Assembly: GCA_903916665.1 (NCBI GenBank)
Contig: CAIWXP010000170.1
Location: 1 to 16,431 of the forward strand
DNA: 16,431 nt
Direction: 5' to 3'
Origin: Candidatus Iainarchaeum sp.
GTDB taxonomy: Archaea; Iainarchaeota; Iainarchaeia; Iainarchaeales; 0-14-0-20-30-16
Numbering within the stretch: position 1 is the stretch's first letter; each line of letters opens with the position of its first letter. The position numbers were made by a program, and so were the translations under genes. Positions 7,160 to 13,793 of this stretch are shown here, piece by piece. Below the pieces are notes generated by a model. That model saw only the letters and a program-made list of their open reading frames with translations. It did not search any database and was not told where the DNA came from.

Positions 7160-8332
7160 ATGGCAAAGAAAGAAGTTAAAGTAAAAAAAGAACATACTGG
7201 CAAATGTTGTGAAAACGTTTGGATGTATGTTAGTATTGCTTTAGGTATCGCTTTTATAATTGCATTGGTATTTGCAATTGTAGGTGCTGCTAAAGCTAGT
7301 TCTGGAACTACAGGAATTGGAGCAAATAATGCTGCACAGGTAGTTTTAGATTTAATGAAAAAAACTCAAGGCATTGATGCAAATGTAATTGGTGCTGTTG
7401 AAGTAAATGGATTATATAAAATCACATTAAATGCAAAAGATCAGAATGCGGATATTTATGTTACATTAGATGGACAAAATATAATGCCTGGTAATGCAGT
7501 ATTTAATGTAAAAGATATTGAAAATACTGCTGTGACTGATAAAAATGCACCCGTTGATCAAAACACAACTCCTGCAACTACACCAACAGTATATACTTTA
7601 CCAAAAATGATTGGTCAAATGCCTGTTGAAGGAAACACAGCATCAAAAATAACTGTTGTTGAATTCTCAGATTTCCAATGCCCTTTTTGTGGTATGGCTT
7701 TTGGTGCTCCTTGGACTGCAGAATATAAAACATCACAATATGCATCAATAATTGGTGGAACACAAAAGATAGAAGAATTAGCATTAGCTGGTAAAATCGC
7801 TTTTGTACATTTCCCTGTTGCATTTTTAGATGAACAAAGCCCAACAAAGGAATCACACAAAGCATCAAACGCAGCACTATGTGCTAGAGATCAAAACAAA
7901 TATTTCGAAATGCACAATGTGTTATTTAACGCACAAACAAAAACAGAAAACGATGGAAAATATGAAACAGATAAATTAAAATTATTGGGTGCTAAAGTTG
8001 AAGGTTTAGACTTGAATGTATTTAATTCTTGTTTAGATTCTCAAAAATATTTCTCAACAATAGACGCAATAACTCAAGATGCAAGTGATACTTCAAAAGC
8101 AAATGTTGGTGGATTTGGAACTCCTGCATTTTACATTGTTGTTGACGCATCAATAGGAAAAGCAAAATTAGAAAGTGTTTTAACACCAATCAGAGCAGAA
8201 GTTGTAAAAGCACAACCTAAAGATACAACTAGTTATACTTTTGCACCTACAGCAGATGGTTTAAAATATGTAATTATTGCAGATCCAGAATATGCAGTAA
8301 TGCAAGTAGTAATTAATGGTTTAACTGCTTAA
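7160..8332 (+). CDS. Membrane-anchored thiol:disulfide oxidoreductase/isomerase: DsbA-family thioredoxin fold with CPFC active site and a DsbC-N-like domain
   Basis: 390 aa. The N-terminal cytoplasmic segment is MAKKEVKVKKEHTGKCCENVW, followed by a TM helix (MYVSIALGIAFIIALVFAIVGAA). A segment resembling the DsbC N-terminal dimerisation domain follows (VEVNGLYKITLNAKDQNADIYVTLDGQNIMPG). After a Thr/Pro linker comes the thioredoxin-like domain with ITVVEFSDFQCPFCG and the cis-Pro region GTPAFYIV. Confidence 0.8.
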   Translation: MAKKEVKVKKEHTGKCCENVWMYVSIALGIAFIIALVFAIVGAAKASSGTTGIGANNAAQVVLDLMKKTQGIDANVIGAVEVNGLYKITLNAKDQNADIYVTLDGQNIMPGNAVFNVKDIENTAVTDKNAPVDQNTTPATTPTVYTLPKMIGQMPVEGNTASKITVVEFSDFQCPFCGMAFGAPWTAEYKTSQYASIIGGTQKIEELALAGKIAFVHFPVAFLDEQSPTKESHKASNAALCARDQNKYFEMHNVLFNAQTKTENDGKYETDKLKLLGAKVEGLDLNVFNSCLDSQKYFSTIDAITQDASDTSKANVGGFGTPAFYIVVDASIGKAKLESVLTPIRAEVVKAQPKDTTSYTFAPTADGLKYVIIADPEYAVMQVVINGLTA

Positions 8333-8350
8333 TATTACGCAGAAATCAAT

Positions 8351-8391
8351 ATGTTGCAAAAAAGCTTTGCAACATTTATTTTTCTTTTTTT
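8351..8391 (+). terminator. Intrinsic-terminator-like hairpin plus T-tract after the DsbC-like gene
   Basis: Perfect 10-bp stem: ATGTTGCAAA (8351-8360) pairs with TTTGCAACAT (8366-8375) around the loop AAAGC. T-rich TTATTTTTCTTTTTTT follows at 8376-8391. Confidence 0.6.
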
Positions 8392-8406
8392 ATTTAATTG
8401 ATTTTT

Positions 8407-9045
8407 ATGAATACTAAGTTTGATAAAATATTTTTTATTTTAGATAAAGAAATTCCAAAATATAATGTTCCTGTTATTGATTTGATTAAAGTACAAACCA
8501 ATGATCCTTTTAAAATTTTAATAGCAACTATTTTGAGCGCAAGAACAAAAGATTCGACTACTCACAATGCAGCAGAAAAATTGTTTTCAAAAATCAAAAC
8601 ATTTGATGATTTCAATAAATTTTCACAACTACAAATTGAGAAATTAATTTATCCTGTTGGTTTCTATAAAACCAAGGCTAAACACTTGAAACTTTTGCCA
8701 GAAGCAATAAAACAATTTAATAACAAAATACCTCAAACTATTGATGAACTAATTAAACTTCCTGGTGTTGGAAGAAAAACAGCTAATTTGGTTATGAGCG
8801 TTGCTTTTAATGAAGATGCAATTTGTGTTGATACACACGTTCACAGAATTAGCAATAGAATTGGTTTTATTAAAACAATTACTCCTTTCGAAAGCGAAAT
8901 GCAATTACGAAAGATATTACCAATAAAATACTGGAAAAAGATAAATTTTTATTTTGTTGCCCAAGGACAAAACATCTGCTTGCCACGAGGCCCAAAATGT
9001 AATATCTGCCCAATAAACAAATATTGTGAAAAACATATTTTATAA
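8407..9045 (+). CDS. nth: Endonuclease III (DNA glycosylase/AP lyase, HhH-GPD family with a [4Fe-4S] cluster loop)
   Basis: HhH-GPD motif LPGVGRKTANLVMSVAF with the catalytic Lys, and Asp in VDTHVHRI. The C-terminal C-x6-C-x2-C-x5-C is CLPRGPKCNICPINKYC. The ORF track begins at TTG 8398; the first ATG is at 8407 (MNTKF...). Confidence 0.9.
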   Translation: MNTKFDKIFFILDKEIPKYNVPVIDLIKVQTNDPFKILIATILSARTKDSTTHNAAEKLFSKIKTFDDFNKFSQLQIEKLIYPVGFYKTKAKHLKLLPEAIKQFNNKIPQTIDELIKLPGVGRKTANLVMSVAFNEDAICVDTHVHRISNRIGFIKTITPFESEMQLRKILPIKYWKKINFYFVAQGQNICLPRGPKCNICPINKYCEKHIL

Positions 9046-9085
9046 CTATTTAATCTTTTATATTTAACAATACATATATAAATAA

Positions 9086-9107
9086 CATATGAACTATATT
9101 TCATATG
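9086..9107. promoter_or_regulatory. Inverted repeat overlapping the start codon of the ArsR-family gene (candidate autoregulatory operator)
   Basis: CATATGAA (9086-9093) and TTCATATG (9100-9107) are exact reverse complements separated by CTATAT. TATA-like TTTTATATTTA at 9056-9066 and ATATATAAA at 9074-9082 lie just upstream. No SD is visible, so the mRNA may have a short leader or none. Confidence 0.45.
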
Positions 9108-9413
9108 ACTAATTGTTCATGTGATTCATTCTTTGTAAACTTTAGTAATAAGGCTAGACTTAATATTATGCTTTTATTAAAAACTAGGGCCTGTGATGTT
9201 ACTACTATTAGTAGAAATTTAAAAATAGAACAAAGTTTAGTTTCGCACAATATGACCAAATTATTATCCTGTAATTTAGTGCAATCAAAAAGAGAAGGCA
9301 AAACTAAGATATATAGTTTAAATAAAAAAGTAGCTTTACCAATTTTAGATATTTATGAAAAAAACATTTTAAAAAATTGTTGTAGTATTTGTAAAAATGA
9401 AAAAAAGAAATAA
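9105..9413 (+). CDS. ArsR/SmtB-family winged-helix regulator, cysteine-rich (7 Cys)
   Basis: 102 aa. The HTH core ACDVTTISRNLKIEQSLVSHNMTKLLSCNLVQSKREGKTKIYSLN matches the ArsR pattern (xCDLxxxLxxSQSxVSHHLxxLxxAGLVxxRREGRxxxYxL). There is an N-terminal CSC pair and a C-terminal CCSIC cluster. The gene ends 11 nt before the iscS ATG. Confidence 0.85.
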   Translation: MTNCSCDSFFVNFSNKARLNIMLLLKTRACDVTTISRNLKIEQSLVSHNMTKLLSCNLVQSKREGKTKIYSLNKKVALPILDIYEKNILKNCCSICKNEKKK

Positions 9414-9424
9414 AGGTGATTTTT

Positions 9425-10606
9425 ATGACTAAGATTGTATATTTAGATAATGGTGCAACAACGCAGATTGATCCTGAAGTGTTAAAAGCTATGCTACCTT
9501 ATTTCACAGAGGCCTATGGCAATGCAGCATCATTACACGCAAAGGGAGTGGAAGCTAAGGATGCTTTGGAAAAAGCAAGAAAAGTTATTGCAAAAAGTAT
9601 AAATGCAGAACAAGAAGAAATAATATTTACTTCTGGTGGAACAGAATCAAATAATTTTGCTTTGAAAGCAATTGCCTTTGCAAACAAAGATAAAGGTAAT
9701 CATATTATTACAACTAAAGTGGAACATAAATGTATTTTAGAAACCTGTAAATGGTTAGAGGCGCAAGGATTTGAAATTACTTATTTAAATGTTGATAAAG
9801 ATGGTTTTATTAAATTAGATGAATTAGAAAATTCAATAACAAAAAAAACTATTTTAGTTTCTGTTATCCACGGCAATAACGAAATTGGAACAATAATGGA
9901 TTTACAAAGTATTGGAAATATTTGTAAAAAAAATGATGTTTATTTTCACACAGATGCTTGCCAAAGTTATACTAAAACAGAAATAGATGTTAAAAAACAA
10001 AACTTAGATTTAGTAACAATTAACGCACATAAAATACACGGACCCAAAGGTGTTGGTGCATTATTTGTTAAAAAAGGAACAAAAATAAAACAATGGCAAC
10101 ATGGTGGAGCGCACGAATTTAATTTAAGAGCAGGAACAGAAAATGTTTCTGGTATTGTTGGATTTGCAAAAGCTGTTGCCATATCAGATAAAAAACACAT
10201 TGAATATGTAACAAAATTAAGAGACAAATTAATTTCAGGAATGTTAGAAATACCAGATGTAATATTAAACGGACCCACTGGTAATAAAAGACTTTGTAAT
10301 AATGCAAACTTTTCATTCAAAGGTATTGAAGGGGAAGCAATTGGTGGTTATTTGGATTCTTTTGGTGTTTGTTCATCAACGGGTTCTGCATGTTCATCAA
10401 TTAAACTAGAACCAAGCTATGTTTTGAAAGCGATAGGAAAAACTAATGAACAGGCCAATGGTTCGTTAAGATTAACTTTAAGTAAATACACAACAGAAGA
10501 AGAAATTGATTTTGTTTTAAAAAAAATGCCAGAGATAGTAAAAAAATTAAGAAGTTTTTCTCCAATTTATAAGGTGGTTAACTATGTACTCAAAAAAAGT
10601 AATTAA
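9425..10606 (+). CDS. iscS: Cysteine desulfurase, class V aminotransferase (IscS/NifS type)
   Basis: N-terminus is IVYLDNGATT. The PLP-lysine motif is NAHKIHGPKGVGAL. The active-site Cys loop is SSTGSACSS, and the C-terminal motif is SLRLTLSKYTTEEEID. The SD GGTGAT at 9415-9420 is 4 nt from the ATG at 9425; the ORF track starts at GTG 9416. Confidence 0.92.
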   Translation: MTKIVYLDNGATTQIDPEVLKAMLPYFTEAYGNAASLHAKGVEAKDALEKARKVIAKSINAEQEEIIFTSGGTESNNFALKAIAFANKDKGNHIITTKVEHKCILETCKWLEAQGFEITYLNVDKDGFIKLDELENSITKKTILVSVIHGNNEIGTIMDLQSIGNICKKNDVYFHTDACQSYTKTEIDVKKQNLDLVTINAHKIHGPKGVGALFVKKGTKIKQWQHGGAHEFNLRAGTENVSGIVGFAKAVAISDKKHIEYVTKLRDKLISGMLEIPDVILNGPTGNKRLCNNANFSFKGIEGEAIGGYLDSFGVCSSTGSACSSIKLEPSYVLKAIGKTNEQANGSLRLTLSKYTTEEEIDFVLKKMPEIVKKLRSFSPIYKVVNYVLKKSN

Positions 10607-11291
10607 TATTTTTAAAAATCCAAAACATGTTGGAAAATTAAATGACGCAAATGGTATTGGTGAAGTTGGCAATATCAAATGTGGAGATATGATGAAAGTA
10701 TATTTAAAAGTAAAAAATAACATCATTGAAGATGTTAAAGTTGAAACCTATGGTTGTGTTGCAGCTATCGCTGCTAGTGATACAATGTGTAAATTAGTAA
10801 AAGGAAAAACATTGGAAGAAGCAGAAGCATTAACCTATAAAAAAATAGTTGAAGACCTGGGAGAAATGCCCAAGATAAAATATCATTGTTCTATCATGGG
10901 TACAGAAGCATTACACAAAGCAATTAAAGATTATAGAGATCATCACAAAAATGAAATTAATAAAGGAGTTGGTAAAATGAAATATGATGAAAAAACTACA
11001 TTGGCAAAAGCATTGGATGCTATTGATGGACCAGAAATATTAGCTAAATATCATGTTCCTTGTTTAGGTTGTCATTTTGCATCTCAAGAATTAAATTCAT
11101 TAACATTAAAGGATATTCATGATGCCTACGGTGTTGATTTGAAAAGTATTTTAAAAGACCTTAACAATTCTTCTTTGGAAAAGAAGAAACAAGAAATAAA
11201 AACACCCGCAAAGAAACTAATTGCAAAAAAAGTAATTAAAAAAACAGTTTCAAAAACAAAAACTACAAAATCAAAAAAGAGTAAGAAATAA
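10584..11291 (+). CDS. iscU: Fe-S cluster scaffold IscU/NifU-N fused to a DUF1858-like CxxC (redox disulfide) domain and a lysine-rich tail
   Basis: The IscU core carries the three cluster Cys (NIKCGDMM, YGCVAAIAASD, KYHCSIMG). Residues ~134-196, TLAKALDAIDGPEILAKYHVPCLGCHFASQELNSLTLKDIHDAYGVDLKSILKDLN, resemble the DUF1858 / hybrid-cluster-protein-associated redox disulfide domain. The tail is KKKQEIKTPAKKLIAKKVIKKTVSKTKTTKSKKSKK. The SD GGTGG precedes the ATG, and the gene overlaps the iscS 3' end by 23 nt. Confidence 0.88.
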   Translation: MYSKKVINIFKNPKHVGKLNDANGIGEVGNIKCGDMMKVYLKVKNNIIEDVKVETYGCVAAIAASDTMCKLVKGKTLEEAEALTYKKIVEDLGEMPKIKYHCSIMGTEALHKAIKDYRDHHKNEINKGVGKMKYDEKTTLAKALDAIDGPEILAKYHVPCLGCHFASQELNSLTLKDIHDAYGVDLKSILKDLNNSSLEKKKQEIKTPAKKLIAKKVIKKTVSKTKTTKSKKSKK

Positions 11292-11300
11292 TTTTCTTAC

Positions 11301-12047
11301 CTATAATATTTTTTTAATTTCATCAAAATTAATTATACTATATTCTGGTTTTAAAGCTTTTATTTCTTTATCGTATTTTCCTAGTAATATATCATTTGCA
11401 GAAATGCCTTTTTGTAATAATAAAGATATGGGATTTTGTCCTGCATATTTACCACAATAAAGTAAAATAGTATTCATTTCTGCGTTGTGTGCGCCTTTAA
11501 TATCAACATCTAATCTATTTCCAACATAATAGGATATTTTAGGGTTTGCATTTAATTTTTCTAATGCTCTTTTATACAATATTGGATTTGGTTTTATCTC
11601 CAAAATATCTTTAGACGCAAAAAAACAATCTTTAAAATAATGATCTAAACCAATTACTTGTAATTTATCAATTTGCTTTTCTGGGGGCCCAGTTGTTACT
11701 ATTCCTAATTTATATCCTTTTTTTATTAAATAATCTAATGTTGATTTTACATGAACATTTGTTTGAAGTGATGCCAATTTAATTAATCTATATCTTTTTA
11801 TTCCTGCATTAATTATAGTCTTATTTGTTATTCCATAATCATAGCACAAAAGATTAAAATCTAGTTCACTAACTTTTTTATTTTTTCTTATTTCGTGTAA
11901 TTTTTGTAATGCTTTATTAGGGTCTGTTTCTGGCAAACTGGCATTTATCATAGAAATTATTGATTGATATAAAACAGTTTCAATAAAATCAGATGTTGGT
12001 ATTAGAGTATCATCAATATCAAATAATACTGCTTTATTATTAGTCAT
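11301..12047 (-). CDS. HAD-superfamily hydrolase (subfamily IA-like phosphatase)
   Basis: Motif I is LFDIDDTL (DxDxT). Motif II is GIVTTG. The motif III Lys lies in EIKPNP. Motif IV is YVGNRLDVDIKGA. Substrate cannot be assigned from sequence. Confidence 0.85.
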   Translation of the reverse strand: MTNNKAVLFDIDDTLIPTSDFIETVLYQSIISMINASLPETDPNKALQKLHEIRKNKKVSELDFNLLCYDYGITNKTIINAGIKRYRLIKLASLQTNVHVKSTLDYLIKKGYKLGIVTTGPPEKQIDKLQVIGLDHYFKDCFFASKDILEIKPNPILYKRALEKLNANPKISYYVGNRLDVDIKGAHNAEMNTILLYCGKYAGQNPISLLLQKGISANDILLGKYDKEIKALKPEYSIINFDEIKKIL

Positions 12048-12053
12048 ATATAA

Positions 12054-12884
12054 TCACTTTTTCTTTACTTTAACAAATTCCATTGTTCCTGGTGGTAAAC
12101 ATTGAATAATTTCATCCAGAGTAATTTCTTTTTGTTGTTCTTTATCTAATTTTTTATATATTTGTTTTCCTATTTCTCCTTTTTTATCTTTTCCGGGAAC
12201 TACTTCTGCAATCATTTTTATTCCTTTGTGCATCAATAATTTTTCAGAACCAATAAAAACTCTTAATTTAGAATTAGTTTTATCTAATTTAGAAATATCG
12301 CAAATACCAATAGCTAATTTCATTTGTATTTTCTTAAAGAAATTCTTTTCTCCTCTAATTACAAATGCCCCTTGAGATAATGATTCTCCAGATTCTGCTG
12401 TTTTTGAAACCTGATCGGGATAAACAAAATACACATCAACACTTGCAAAACCCAGATTCCATGCTTTTGAAAAAACACTAGCAAATAATGCACAATCTTC
12501 TAGATCGTCTTTCTCTGCCTTTTGACCTTGCTTTAAAATAATATGCGCAGATCCTTGAATTGTACTGTGAAATAATAAATCATCTTTTTCCAAATGATTT
12601 TTAACAATGTATTCATTGCTTTGAGAATCTTTTCCTCCAATTATTAAAAAATCATTTGTTGTAAATCCCCAATGATATTTTTCATACCATAGAGTTTTCT
12701 TTTTTTCCTGGGTTTCTTTCTTTTCTATTTTTTTACTAGATAGGTTTTCTAATCTTTTTTCCATATCTTTAACTGCCACGTCTAAACCTATTAATTTTCT
12801 TTTCATTTTTTTATATTCATTAAAATAATCCTGGGCACTTTTATTTACAGGATCCTTAATACTTATTGCTACTTCTTGAGACAT
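12054..12884 (-). CDS. NFACT/RqcH-family protein containing only the C-terminal coiled-coil helix, NFACT-R (DUF814) and NFACT-C-like regions
   Basis: 276 aa. KSAQDYFNEYKKMKRK matches the conserved ENAQxYFKKYxKxK segment of FbpA/RqcH. The DUF814 core is FLIIGGKDSQSNEYIVKNHLEKDDLLFHSTIQGSAHIILKQG...VDVYFVYPDQVSK...GAFVIRGE. No NFACT-N or HhH region is present. The gene ends 6 nt upstream of the HAD gene, so the two are probably an operon. Confidence 0.8.
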   Translation of the reverse strand: MSQEVAISIKDPVNKSAQDYFNEYKKMKRKLIGLDVAVKDMEKRLENLSSKKIEKKETQEKKKTLWYEKYHWGFTTNDFLIIGGKDSQSNEYIVKNHLEKDDLLFHSTIQGSAHIILKQGQKAEKDDLEDCALFASVFSKAWNLGFASVDVYFVYPDQVSKTAESGESLSQGAFVIRGEKNFFKKIQMKLAIGICDISKLDKTNSKLRVFIGSEKLLMHKGIKMIAEVVPGKDKKGEIGKQIYKKLDKEQQKEITLDEIIQCLPPGTMEFVKVKKK

Positions 12885-12964
12885 AATAAAACCTTTATTT
12901 TGTTTTTTATGTTCCTGCTATAAGTTTTGCAAAAAACTTATTAACAAGGCCATAACAAAACCTT

Positions 12965-12972
12965 TTTATATA
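12965..12972 (+). promoter_or_regulatory. TATA-box-like element upstream of the KaiC-like gene
   Basis: TTTATATA lies within CCTTTTTATATATATATAAC, ~55 nt upstream of the ATG at 13027. The SD GGTGAT at 13018-13023 is 3 nt from the ATG. Confidence 0.4.
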
Positions 12973-13026
12973 TATATAACATATATGTCTTGACTATGTA
13001 TTTATAGTTTGTGCTTAGGTGATGTT

Positions 13027-13773
13027 ATGAACGTTATTACTAGAATCCCTACAGGAATACCTGGACTAGATGAATTAATTGAAGGAGGATTTCCTAAGAA
13101 ACGATCTTTTTTGGTATCGGGTGCAACTGGTGCAGGAAAAACTATTTTTTCAATGCAATATCTATATCAAGGAGCCTACCTTTATGGAGAACCGGGCATA
13201 TATGTTACTTTGGATGAGCGTCCAGATTTAATTAGAGAAGATATGTTAAAATTTGGTTGGAATATTAAAAGGCTAGAAGACGAAAAAAAAGTAGTTATAC
13301 TAGATGCAACAGTAACGAGATTAGGTTTAGATTCTGGAGAACAGGCAACCTACAATGAAACTTCTTTTGATCACAAAAAATTATTATTAGAAATTATTAG
13401 ACAGGTTAAAGAAACCAATGCAAAAAGAATTGTTATTGATAGTATTGCAACTTTAGGTGTTTATTTCAAAGACCCGGATCAAGTAAGAGAAGCAATTTTA
13501 GAAATGATTTATATTTTTTCAAAATTAGGATTAACTGCAGTATTAGTTTCGGAATTAGATCAAAACACAAATAAATATAGTAAATACGGTGTTGAAGAAT
13601 ATGTTGCAGATGGTGTTTTTGTTTTAAAATATTTGGATACTGGAATACAGGGTATAAACAGAACATTACTAATACGAAAAATGCGTGCAACAAAACATTC
13701 TAGTGAAATACATCCTTTGGAAATTACAGATACGGGAGTAACTGTAAAAAATATTGATGATTATAATTTATAA
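13027..13773 (+). CDS. Single-domain KaiC-like / RecA-superfamily ATPase (COG0467 type)
   Basis: N-terminus is RIPTGIPGLDELIEGGFP. Walker A is VSGATGAGKT and Walker B-like is RIVIDSIATL. The C-terminus is typical of KaiC/RadA-like proteins (RTLLIRKMRATKHSSEIHPLEITDTGV). The ORF track starts at TTG 13009; the ATG at 13027 has the same SD spacing as tfb. Confidence 0.85.
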   Translation: MNVITRIPTGIPGLDELIEGGFPKKRSFLVSGATGAGKTIFSMQYLYQGAYLYGEPGIYVTLDERPDLIREDMLKFGWNIKRLEDEKKVVILDATVTRLGLDSGEQATYNETSFDHKKLLLEIIRQVKETNAKRIVIDSIATLGVYFKDPDQVREAILEMIYIFSKLGLTAVLVSELDQNTNKYSKYGVEEYVADGVFVLKYLDTGIQGINRTLLIRKMRATKHSSEIHPLEITDTGVTVKNIDDYNL

Positions 13774-13793
13774 TTCTATTTGGAGGAGTTTAA

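Noticed and set aside
11172-11288. The lysine-rich segment at the 3' end of iscU, as a possible separate small basic-protein gene or a frameshift artefact.
   Set aside because: It is in frame and continuous with the upstream domains, with no internal start or SD signal. Lys-rich tails are expected from A-rich codons in AT-rich genomes. It is retained only as part of the fusion finding.
2461-11291. The idea that thiI, nth, the ArsR gene, iscS and iscU form one Fe-S/sulfur-trafficking island.
   Set aside because: thiI is separated from iscSU by the whole copper cluster and is on the opposite strand. nth has its own terminator-delimited unit. All are common housekeeping genes, so the shared Fe-S/sulfur theme is most simply coincidental, apart from the ArsR-iscS-iscU operon itself.
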